In this document: in pieces, positions 33,501 to 44,859 of the stretch
Numbering within the stretch: the stretch's first letter is position 1
How the letters are laid out: the number at the start of each line of letters is the position of its first letter
DNA from: Eledone cirrhosa
Lineage: Eukaryota
Direction: 5' to 3'
DNA: 64,000 nt
Assembly (NCBI GenBank): GCA_964016885.1
Contig: OZ024743.1
Coordinates: forward strand, 130,944,001 to 131,008,000
Position numbers and translations under genes: made by a program
Notes under the pieces: model-generated
What the model saw: only the letters and a program-made list of their open reading frames with translations
What the model was told of the DNA's origin: nothing
Database searches by the model: none

Positions 33501-36500
33501 GTTTGGTGTTTGGTGCTTGGTACTTGGTGTTTGGTGCTTGGTGTTTGGTGTTTGCTGTTTGGTGTTTGGTGTTTGGTGTTTGCTGTATGGTGTTTGCTGT
33601 TTCGTGTTTGGTGTTTGCTGTTTGGTGTTTGGTATTTGCTGTTTGGTGTTTGGTCTTTGGTGCTTGGTGTTTGGTGCTTGCTGCTTGGTGTTTGGTGTTT
33701 GGTGCTTGGTGTTTGGTGTTTGGTGCTTGGTGCTTGGTGCTTGGTGTTTGGTGTTTGGTGTTTGGTGCTTGGTGTCTGGTGCTTGGTGTTTGGTGTTTGG
33801 TGTTTGGTGCTTGGTGTTTGGTGTTTGGTGTTTGGTGTTTGGTGCTTGTTGCTTGGTACTTGGTGCTTGGTGTTTGGTGCTTGGTGCTTGGTGTTTGGTG
33901 CTGGGTGCTTGGTGTTTGGTGCTTGGTGCTTGGTGCTTGGTGTTTGGTGTTTGGTGCTTGGTGCTTGGTGCTTGGTGTTTGGTGTTTGGTGCTTGGTGTT
34001 TTATGCTTGGTGTTTGATGTTTGGTGCTTGGTGCTTGGTGTTTGGTGCTTGGTGCTTGGTGTTTGTACTTGGTGCTTGGTGCTTGGTTCTTGGTGTTTGG
34101 TGCTTGGTGCATGGTGCTTGGTGCTTGGTGTTTGGTGCTTGGTGTTTGGTGCTTGGTGTTTGGTGCTTGGTGCCTGGTGCTTGGTGCTTGGTGCTTGGTG
34201 TTTGGTGCTTGGTGTTTGGTGCTTGGTATTAGGTGTTTGGTGCTTGGTGCTTGGTGTTTGGTGTTTGGTGCTTGGTGTTTGGTGCTTGGTGCTTGGTTTT
34301 TGGTGTTTGGTGCTTGGTGTTTGGTGCTTGGTACTTGGTGCTTGGTGCTTGGTGTTAGGTGTTTGGTGCTTGGTGCTTGGTGTTTGGTTTTTGGTGCTTG
34401 GTGCTTGGTGCTTGGTGTTTGGTGCTTGCTGCTGGCTGCTTGGTGTTTGGTGCTTGGTGATTGGTGCTTGGTGTTTGGTGCTTGGTGTTTGGTGTTTGGT
34501 ACTAGGTGCTTGGTGCTTGGTGTTTGGTGCTTGGTGCTTGGTGTTTGGTGTTTGGTGCTTGGTGCTTGGTGTTTGGTGCTTGGTGCTGGGTGCTGGGTGG
34601 TTGGTGTTTGGTGTTTGGTGTTTGGTGCTGGGTGCTTGGTGTTTGGTGCTTGGTGCTTGGTCTTTGGTGTTTGGTGTTTGGTGTTTGGTGCTTGGTGCTT
34701 GGTGCTTTGTGTTTGGTGCTTGGTGCTTGGTGTTTGGTGCTTGGTGCTTAGTGTTTGGTGTTTGGTGCTTGGTGTCTGGAGCTTGGTGTTTGGTGTTTGG
34801 TGCTTGGTGTTTGGTGTTTGGTGCTTGGTGCTTGGTGTTTGGTGCTTGGTGCTTGGTGTTTGGTGTTTGGTGCTTGGTGCTTGGTGTTTGGTGTTTGGTG
34901 TTTGATGTTTGGTGTTTGGTGTTTGGTGTTTGCTGTTTGGTGTCTGCTTTTTGGTGTTTGGTGTTGGCTGTATGTTATTTGCTGTTTGGTGTTTGGTGTT
35001 TGGTGTTTAGTGCTTGGTGCTTGGTGTTTGGTGTTTGGTGCTTGGTGCTTGGAATTTGGTGTTTGGTGCTTGGTGCTTGGTGTTTTGTGTTTGGTGTTTG
35101 GTTTTTGGTGCTTGGTGCTTGGTGCTTGTTGCTTGGTCCTTTGTGTTTGGTTCTTGGTGCTTGGTGTTTGTACTTGGTGCTTGGTGCTTGGTGTTTGGTT
35201 CTTGGTTCTTGGTGTTTGGTACTTGGTGCTTGGTGCTTGGTGCTTGGTGTTTGGTGTTTGGTGCTTGGTGTTTGGTGCTTGGTGCTTGGTGCTTGGTGTT
35301 AGGTGTTTGGTGCATGGTGCTTGGTGTTTGGTGCTTGGTGTTTGGTGTTTGCTGTTTGGTGTTTGGTGCTTGGTGTTTGGTGTTTGCTGTTTGGTGTCTG
35401 CTTTTTGGTGATTGGTGTTTGGTGTATGGTGTTTGCTGTTTCGTGTTTGGTGTTTGCTGTTTGGTGTTTGGTGTTTGCTGTTTGGTGTTTGGTCTTTGGT
35501 GCTAGGTGTTTGGTGCTTGGTGCTTGGTGTTTGGTGTTTGGTGCTTGGTGCTTGGTGCTTCGTGTTTGGTGTTTGGTGCTTGGTGTCTGGAGCTTGGTGT
35601 TTGGTGTTTGGTGCTTGGTGTTTGGTGTTTGGTGCTTGGTGCTTGGTGTTTGGTGCTTGGTGCTTGGTGTTTGTGCTTGGTGCTTGGTGTTTGGTGTTTG
35701 GTGCTTGGTGCTTGGTGCTTGGTGTTTGGTGTTTGGTGCTTGGTGCTTGGTGTTTGGTGTTTGGTTCTTGGTGCTTGGTATTTGGTGCTTGGTGCTTGCT
35801 GCTTGGTGTTTGGTGCTTGGTGATTGATGCTTGGTGTTTGATGCTTGGTGCTTGGTGTTTGGTTTTTGGTGCTAGGTGCTTGGTGCTTGGTGTTTGGTGC
35901 TTGGTGTTTGGTGTTTGCTGCTTGGTGCTTGGGGCTTGGTGTTTGGTACTTGGTGCTTGGTGCTTGGTGTTTGGTGCTTGGTGCTTGGTGTATGGTGTTT
36001 GGTGTTTGGTGCTTGGTGTTTGGTGTTTGGTGCTTGGTGCTTGGTGTTTGTTGCTTGGTACTTGGTTCATGGTGTTTGGTGCTGGGTGCTTGGTGTTTGC
36101 TGCTTGGTGCTTGGTGTTTGGTGTTTGGTGCTTGGTGTTTGGTGTTTGGTGCTTGGTGCTTGGTGTTTGTTGCTTGGTACTTGGTGCATGGTGTTTGGTG
36201 CTGGGTGCTTGGTGTTTGGTGCTTGGTGTTTGGTGCTTGGTGCTTGGTGTTTGGTGTTAGGTGTTTGGTGCTTGGTGCTTGGTGTTTGGTTTTTGGTGCT
36301 TGGTGCTTGGTGCTTGGTGTTTGGTGCTTGCTGCTGGCTGCTTGGTGTTTGGTGCTTGGTGATTGGTGCTTGGTGTTTGGTGCTTGGTACTTGGTGCTTG
36401 GTGCTTGGTGTTAGGTGTTTGGTGCTTGGTGCTTGGTGTTTGGTTTTTGGTGCTTGGTGCTTGGTGCTTGGTGTTTGGTGCTTGCTGCTGGCTGCTTGGT

Positions 36501-39500
36501 GTTTGGTGCTTGGTGATTGGTGCTTGGTGTTTGGTGCTTGGTGTTTGGTGTTTGGTACTAGGTGCTTGGTGCTTGGTGTTTGGTGCTTGGTGCTTGGTGT
36601 TTGGTGTTTGGTGCTTGGTGCTTGGTGTTTGGTGCTTGGTGCTGGGTGCTGGGTGGTTGGTGTTTGGTGTTTGGTGTTTGGTGCTGGGTGCTTGGTGTTT
36701 GGTGCTTGGTGCTTGGTCTTTGGTGTTTGGTGTTTGGTGTTTGGTGCTTGGTGCTTGGTGCTTCGTGTTTGGTGCTTGGTGCTTGGTGTTTGGTGCTTGG
36801 TGCTTAGTGTTTGGTGCTAGGTGCTTGGGGTTTGGTGTTTGGTGCTTGGTGCTTGGTGTTTGGTGCTTGGTGCTTGGTGTTTGGTGTTTGGTGCTTGGTG
36901 CTTGGTGTTTGGTGTTTGGTGTTTGATGTTTGGTGTTTGGTGTTTGGTGTTTGCTGTTTGGTGTCTGCTTTTTGGTGTTTGGTGTTGGCTGTATGTTATT
37001 TGCTGTTTGGTGTTTGGTGTTTGGTGTTTAGTGCTTGGTGCTTGGTGTTTGGTGTTTGGTGCTTGGTGCTTGGAATTTGGTGTTTGGTGCTTGGTGCTTG
37101 GTGTTTTGTGTTTGGTGTTTGGTTTTTGGTGCTTGGTGCTTGGTGCTTGTTGCTTGGTCCTTTGTGTTTGGTTCTTGGTGCTTGGTGTTTGTACTTGGTG
37201 CTTGGTGCTTGGTGTTTGGTTCTTGGTTCTTGGTGTTTGGTACTTGGTGCTTGGTGCTTGGTGCTTGGTGTTTGGTGTTTGGTGCTTGGTGTTTGGTGCT
37301 TGGTGCTTGGTGCTTGGTGTTAGGTGTTTGGTGCTTGGTGCTTGGTGTTTGGTGCTTGGTGTTTGGTGTTTGCTGTTTGGTGTCTGCTTTTTGGTGATTG
37401 GTGTTTGGTGTATCGTGTTTGCTGTTTCGTGTTTGGTGTTTGCTGTTTGGTGTTTGGTGTTTGCTGTTTGGTGTTTGGTCTTTGGTGCTAGGTGTTTGGT
37501 GCTTGGTGCTTGGTGTTTGGTGTTTGGTGCTTGGTGCTTGGTGCTTCGTGTTTGGTGTTTGGTGCTTGGTGTCTGGAGCTTGGTGTTTGGTGTTTGGTGC
37601 TTGGTGTTTGGTGTTTGGTGCTTGGTGCTTGGTGTTTGGTGCTTGGTGCTTGGTGTTTGTGCTTGGTGCTTGGTGTTTGGTGTTTGGTGCTTGGTGCTTG
37701 GTGCTTGGTGTTTGGTGTTTGGTGCTTGGTGCTTGGTGTTTGGTGTTTGGTTCTTGGTGCTTGGTATTTGGTGCTTGGTGCTTGCTGCTTGGTGTTTGGT
37801 GCTTGGTGATTGATGCTTGGTGTTTGATGCTTGGTGCTTGGTGTTTGGTTTTTGGTGCTAGGTGCTTGGTGCTTGGTGTTTGGTGCTTGGTGTTTGGTGT
37901 TTGCTGCTTGGTGCTTGGGGCTTGGTGTTTGGTACTTGGTGCTTGGTGCTTGGTGTTTGGTGCTTGGTGCTTGGTGTATGGTGTTTGGTGTTTGGTGCTT
38001 GGTGTTTGGTGTTTGGTGCTTGGTGCTTGGTGTTTGTTGCTTGGTACTTGGTTCATGGTGTTTGGTGCTGGGTGCTTGGTGTTTGCTGCTTGGTGCTTGG
38101 TGTTTGGTGTTTGGTGCTTGGTGTTTGGTGTTTGGTGCTTGGTGCTTGGTGTTTGTTGCTTGGTACTTGGTGCATGGTGTTTGGTGCTGGGTGCTTGGTG
38201 TTTGGTGCTTGGTGTTTGGTGCTTGGTGCTTGGTGTTTGGTGTTTGGTGTTTGATGCTTGGTGTTTGATGCTTGGTGCTTGGTGCTTGGTGTTTGGTGCT
38301 TGGTGTTTGTACTTGGTGCTTGGTGTTTTGTGCTTGGTTCTTTGTGTTTGGTGTTTGGTGCTTGGTGCTTGGTGCTTGGTGTTAGGTGTTTGGTGCTTGG
38401 TGCTTGGTGTTTGGTGTTTGGTCCTTGGTGCTTGGTGTTTAGTGCTTGGTGCTTGGTGTTTGTTGTTTGGTGCTTTCTGCTTGCTGCTTGGCGTTTGGTG
38501 CTTGGTGCTTGGTGCTTGTGGTTTGGTGTTTGGTGCAAGGTGCTTGGTGTTTGGTTGTTTGGTGTTTGATTCTTGGTGTTTGGTGCTTGGTGTTTGGTGT
38601 TTTGTGCTTGGTGCTTGGGGCTTGGTGTTTGGTGCTTGGTGCTTGGTGTTTGGTGTTTGGTGTTTGGTGCTTGGTGCTTGGTGTTTGGTGCTTGGTGCTT
38701 GGTGCTGGGTGGTTGGTATTTGGTGCTTGGTGCTTGGTGTTTGGTGCTTGGTGCTTGGTGCTTGCTGTTTGGTGCTTGGTGCTTGGTGCTTGGTCTTTGG
38801 TGCTTGGTGTTTGGTGCTTGGTGCTTGGTGCTTGGTGTTTGGTGCTTGGTGATTAGTGTTTGGTGATTGGTGCTTGGGGTTTGGTGTTTGCTGCTTGGTG
38901 CTTGGGGCTTGGTGTTTGGTACTTGGTGCTTGGTGCTTGGTGTTTGGTGCTTGGTGCTTGGTGTATGGTGTTTGGTGTTTGGTGCTTGGTGTTTGGTGTC
39001 TGGTGCTTGGTGCTTGGTGTTTGGTTTTTGGTGCTTGGTGCTTGGTGTTTGGTGTTTGGTGCTTGGTGTTTGGTGCTTGGTACTTGGTGCTTGGTGCGTG
39101 GTGTTAGGTGTTTGGTGCTTGGTGCTTGGTGTTTGGTTTTGGTGCTTGGTGCTTGGTGTTTGGTGTTTGGTGCTTGCTGCTGGCTGCTTGGTGTTTGGTG
39201 CTTGGTGATTGGTGCTTGGTGTTTGGTGCTTGGTGTTTGGTGTTTGGTACTAGGTGCTTGGTGTTTGGTGTTTGGTGCTTGGTGCTTGGTGTTTGGTGTT
39301 TGGTGTTTGGTGCTTGGTGCTTGGTGCTTGGTGCTGGGTGGTTGGTGTTTGGTGCTTCGTGATTAGTGTTTGGTGCTAGGTGCTTGGGGTTTGGTGTTTG
39401 GTGCTTGGTGCTTGGTGTTTGGTGCTTGGTGCTTGGTGTTTGGTGCTTGGTGCTTGGTGTTTGCTGTTTGCTGTTTGCTGTTTGGTGTTTGTTGTTTGGT

Positions 39501-42500
39501 GTTTGTTGATTGGTGTTTGCTGTTTGGTGCTTGGTGCTTGGTCTTTGGTGCTTGGTGTTTGGTGTTTGGTGCTTGGTGCTTTGTGTTTGGTGCTTGGTGA
39601 TTAGTGTTTGGTGCTTGGTGCTTGGGATTTGGTGTTTGGTGCTTGGTACTTGGTGTTTGGTGCTTGGTGTTTGGTGTTTGCTGTTTGGTGTTTGGTGTTT
39701 GGTGTTTGCTGTATGGTGTTTGCTGTTTCGTGTTTGGTGTTTGCTGTTTGGTGTTTGGTATTTGCTGTTTGGTGTTTGGTCTTTGGTGCTTGGTGTTTGG
39801 TGCTTGCTGCTTGGTGTTTGGTGTTTGGTGCTTGGTGTTTGGTGTTTGGTGCTTGGTGCTTGGTGCTTGGTGTTTGGTGTTTGGTGTTTGGTGCTTGGTG
39901 TCTGGTGCTTGGTGTTTGGTGTTTGGTGTTTGGTGCTTGGTGTTTGGTGTTTGGTGTTTGGTGTTTGGTGCTTGTTGCTTGGTACTTGGTGCTTGGTGTT
40001 TGGTGCTTGGTGCTTGGTGTTTGGTGCTGGGTGCTTGGTGTTTGGTGCTTGGTGCTTGGTGCTTGGTGTTTGGTGTTTGGTGCTTGGTGCTTGGTGCTTG
40101 GTGTTTGGTGTTTGGTGCTTGGTGTTTTATGCTTGGTGTTTGATGTTTGGTGCTTGGTGCTTGGTGTTTGGTGCTTGGTGCTTGGTGTTTGTACTTGGTG
40201 CTTGGTGCTTGGTTCTTGGTGTTTGGTGCTTGGTGCATGGTGCTTGGTGCTTGGTGTTTGGTGCTTGGTGTTTGGTGCTTGGTGTTTGGTGCTTGGTGCC
40301 TGGTGCTTGGTGCTTGGTGCTTGGTGTTTGGTGCTTGGTGTTTGGTGCTTGGTATTAGGTGTTTGGTGCTTGGTGCATGGTGTTTGGTGTTTGGTGCTTG
40401 GTGTTTGGTGCTTGGTGCTTGGTTTTTGGTGTTTGGTGCTTGGTGTTTGGTGCTTGGTACTTGGTGCTTGGTGCTTGGTGTTAGGTGTTTGGTGCTTGGT
40501 GCTTGGTGTTTGGTTTTTGGTGCTTGGTGCTTGGTGCTTGGTGTTTGGTGCTTGCTGCTGGCTGCTTGGTGTTTGGTGCTTGGTGATTGGTGCTTGGTGT
40601 TTGGTGCTTGGTGTTTGGTGTTTGGTACTAGGTGCTTGGTGCTTGGTGTTTGGTGCTTGGTGCTTGGTGTTTGGTGTTTGGTGCTTGGTGCTTGGTGTTT
40701 GGTGCTTGGTGCTGGGTGCTGGGTGGTTGGTGTTTGGTGTTTGGTGTTTGGTGCTGGGTGCTTGGTGTTTGGTGCTTGGTGCTTGGTCTTTGGTGTTTGG
40801 TGTTTGGTGTTTGGTGCTTGGTGCTTGGTGCTTCGTGTTTAGTGCTTGGTGCTTGGTGTTTGGTGCTTGGTGCTTAGTGTTTGGTGCTAGGTGCTTGGGG
40901 TTTGGTGTTTGGTGCTTGGTGCTTGGTGTTTGGTGCTTGGTGCTTGGTGTTTGGTGTTTGGTGCTTGGTGCTTGGTGTTTGGTGTTTGGTGTTTGATGTT
41001 TGGTGTTTGGTGTTTGGTGTTTGCTGTTTGGTGTCTGCTTTTTGGTGGTTGGTGTTGGCTGTATGTTATTTGCTGTTTGGTGTTTGGTGTTTGGTGTTTA
41101 GTGCTTGGTGCTTGGTGTTTGGTGTTTGGTGCTTGGTGCTTGGAATTTGGTGTTTGGTGCTTGGTGCTTGGTGTTTTGTGTTTGGTGTTTGGTTTTTGGT
41201 GCTTGGTGCTTGGTGCTTGTTGCTTGGTCCTTTGTGTTTGGTTCTTGGTGCTTGGTGTTTGTACTTGGTGCTTGGTGCTTGGTGTTTGGTTCTTGGTTCT
41301 TGGTGTTTGGTACTTGGTGCTTGGTGCTTGGTGCTTGGTGTTTGGTGTTTGGTGCTTGGTGTTTGGTGCTTGGTGCTTGGTGCTTGGTGTTAGGTGTTTG
41401 GTGCTTGGTGCTTGGTGTTTGGTGCTTGGTGTTTGGTGTTTGCTGTTTGGTGTTTGGTGCTTGGTGTTTGGTGTTTGCTGTTTGGTGTCTGCTTTTTGGT
41501 GATTGGTGTTTGGTGTATGGTGTTTGCTGTTTCGTGTTTGGTGTTTGCTGTTTGGTGTTTGGTGTTTGCTGTTTGGTGTTTGGTCTTTGGTGCTAGGTGT
41601 TTGGTGCTTGGTGCTTGGTGTTTGGTGTTTGGTGCTTGGTGCTTGGTGCTTCGTGTTTGGTGTTTGGTGCTTGGTGTTTGGTGTTTGGTGCTTGGTGCTT
41701 GGTGTTTGGTGCTTGGTGCTTGGTGTTTGTGCTTGGTGCTTGGTGTTTGGTGTTTGGTGCTTGGTGCTTGGTGCTTGGTGTTTGGTGTTTGGTGCTTGGT
41801 GCTTGGTGTTTGGTGTTTGGTTCTTGGTGCTTGGTATTTGGTGCTTGGTGCTTGCTGCTTGGTGTTTGGTGCTTGGTGATTGATGCTTGGTGTTTGATGC
41901 TTGGTGCTTGGTGTTTGGTTTTTGGTGCTAGGTGCTTGGTGCTTGGTGTTTGGTGCTTGGTGTTTGGTGTTTGCTGCTTGGTGCTTGGGGCTTGGTGTTT
42001 GGTACTTGGTGCTTGGTGCTTGGTGTTTGGTGCTTGGTGCTTGGTGTATGGTGTTTGGTGTTTGGTGCTTGGTGTTTGGTGTTTGGTGCTTGGTGCTTGG
42101 TGTTTGTTGCTTGGTACTTGGTTCATGGTGTTTGGTGCTGGGTGCTTGGTGTTTGCTGCTTGGTGCTTGGTGTTTGGTGTTTGGTGCTTGGTGTTTGGTG
42201 TTTGGTGCTTGGTGCTTGGTGTTTGTTGCTTGGTACTTGGTGCATGGTGTTTGGTGCTGGGTGCTTGGTGTTTGGTGCTTGGTGTTTGGTGCTTGGTGTT
42301 TGGTGCTTGGTGCTTGGTGTTTGGTGTTTGGTGTTTGATGCTTGGTGTTTGATGCTTGGTGCTTGGTGCTTGGTGTTTGGTGCTTGGTGTTTGTACTTGG
42401 TGCTTGGTGTTTTGTGCTTGGTTCTTTGTGTTTGGTGTTTGGTGCTTGGTGCTTGGTGCTTGGTGTTAGGTGTTTGGTGCTTGGTGCTTGGTGTTTGGTG

Positions 42501-43000
42501 TTTGGTCCTTGGTGCTTGGTGTTTAGTGCTTGGTGCTTGGTGTTTGTTGTTTGGTGCTTTCTGCTTGCTGCTTGGCGTTTGGTGCTTGGTGCTTGGTGCT
42601 TGTGGTTTGGTGTTTGGTGCTAGGTGCTTGGTGTTTGGTTGTTTGGTGTTTGATTCTTGGTGTTTGGTGCTTGGTGTTTGGTGTTTTGTGCATGGTGCTT
42701 GGGGCTTGGTGTTTAGTGCTTGGTGCTTGGTGCTTGGTGTTTGGTGCTTGGTGCTTGGTGTTTGGTGTTTGGTGTTTGGTGCTTGGTGCTTGGTGTTTGG
42801 TGCTTGGTGCTTGGTGCTGGGTGGTTGGTATTTGGTGCTTGGTGCTTGGTGTTTGGTGCTTGGTGCTTGGTGCTTGCTGTTTGGTGCTTGGTGCTTGGTG
42901 CTTGGTCTTTGGTGCTTGGTGTTTGGTGCTTGGTGCTTGGTGCTTGGTGTTTGGTGCTTGGTGATTAGTGTTTGGTGATTGGTGCTTGGGGTTTGGTGTT
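30250..43000. repeat. Higher-order repeat domain 2: mosaic of duplications with offsets 2727, ~2000, 4070 and 6126 bp
   Basis: ORFs 30510/33237/39363 (offsets 2727, 6126), 35506/37492 and 35845/37831 (1986), and 36562/40632 and 37831/41901 (4070). Domain-typical variants TTGGAAT (~32287, 35049, 37070, 41140) and TTGGTCC-TTTGTGT. Confidence 0.82.
36250..36540. repeat. 154-bp (22-monomer) local tandem duplication
   Basis: TAGG at 36258 and 36412, and CTGCTGGCTG at 36331 and 36485, both offset by 154. Confidence 0.82.
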
Positions 43001-44859
43001 TGGTGCTTGGTACTTGGTGTTTGGTGCTTGGTGTTTGGTGTTTGCTGTTTGGTGTTTGGTGTTAGCTGTTTGCTGTTTGCTTTTTGGTGTTTGGTGTTTG
43101 CTGTATGGTGTTTGCTGTTTGGTGTTTGGTGTTTGCTGTTTGGTGTTTGGTGTTTGCTGTTTGGTCTTTGGTGCTTGGTGTTTGGTGCTTGGTGCTTGGT
43201 GTTTGGTGTTTGGTGCTTGGTGCTTGGTGTTTGGTGTTTGTTGCTTGGTGCTTGGTGCTTGGTGTTTGGTGTTTGGTGTTTGGTGCTTGGTGTCTGGTGC
43301 TTGGTGTTTGGTGTTTGGTGTTTGGTGCTTGGTGTTTGGTGTTTGGTGTTTGGTGCTTGGTGTTTGGTGTTTGGTGTTTGGTGTTTGGTTCTTGTTGCTT
43401 GGTGCTTGGTGCTTGGTGTTTGGTTCTTGGTTCTTGGTGTTTGGTACTTGGTGCTTGGTGTTTGGTGCTGGGTGCTTGGTGTTTGGTGCTTGGTGCTTGG
43501 TGCTTGCTGTTTGGTGTTTGGTGCTTGGTGCTTGGTGTTTGGTGCTTGGTGTTATATGCTTGGTGTTTGATGCTTGGTGCTTGGTGCTTGGTATTTGGTG
43601 TTTGGTGCTTGGTGTTTGTACTTGGTGCTTGGTTCTTGGTTCTTGGTGCTTGGTGCTTGGTGCTTGGTGCTTGGTGCTTGGTGTTTGGTGCTTGGTGTTT
43701 GGTGCTTGGTGTTTGGTGCTTGGTGCCTGGTGCTTGGTGCTTGGTGCTTGGTGTTTGGTGCTTGGTGTTTGGTGCTTGGTGTTAGGTGTTTGGTGCTTGG
43801 TGCTTGGTGTTTGGTGTTTGGTGCTTGGTGTTTGGTGCTTGGTGCTTGGTGTTTGGTGTTTGGTGCTTGGTGTTTGGTGCTTGGTACTTGGTGCTTGGTG
43901 ATTGGTGTTAGGTGTTTGGTGCTTGGTGCTTGGTGTTTGGTTTTTGGTGCTTGGTGCTTGGTGTTTGGTGTTTGGTGCTTGCTGCTGGCTGCTTGGTGTT
44001 TGGTGCTTGGTGATTGGTGCTTGGTGTTTGGTGCTTGGTGTTTGGTGTTTGGTACTAGGTGCTTGGTGTTTGGTGTTTGGTGCTTGGTGCTTGGTGTTTG
44101 GTGTTTGGTGTTTGGTGCTTGGTGCTTGGTGCTTGGTGCTGGGTGGTTGGTGTTTGGTGCTTGGTGATTAGTGTTTGGTGCTAGGTGCTTGGGGTTTGGT
44201 GTTTGGTGCTTGGTGCATGGTGTTTGGTGCTTGGTGCTTGGTGTTTGGTGCTTGGTGCTTGGTGTTTGGTATTTGCTGTTTGCTGTTTGGTGTTTGTTGT
44301 TTGGTGTTTGTTGATTGGTGTTTGCTGTTTGGTGTTTGGTATTTGGTGTTTGCTGTTTGGTGTCTGCTTTTTGGTGTTTGGTGTTTGCTGTATGTTGTTT
44401 GCTGTTTGGTGTTTGGTGTTTGGTGTTTCGTGTTTGCTGCTTGGTGCTTGGTGCTTGGTGATTGGTGCTTGGTGTTTGGTGCTTGGTGTTTGGTGTTTGG
44501 TACTAGGTGCTTGGTGTTTGGTGTTTGGTGCTTGGTGCTTGGGGCTTGGAGTTTGGTGTTTGGTGCTTGGTGCTTGGTGTTTTGTGTTTGGTGTTTGGTT
44601 TTTGGTGCTTGGTGCTTGGTGCTTGGCGCTTGGTCCTTGGTGTTTGGTGCTTGGTGCTTGGTGTTTGTACTTGGTGCTTGGTGCTTGGTGTTTGGTTCTT
44701 GGTTCTTGGTGTTTGGTACTTGGTGCTTAGTTCTTGGTGCTTGGTGTTTGGTGTTTGGTGCTTGGTGTTTGGTGCTTGGTGCTTGGTGCTTGGTGCTTGG
44801 TGTTAGGTGTTTGGTGCTTGGTGCTTGGTGTTTGGTGCTTGGTGTTTGCTGTTTGGTGT

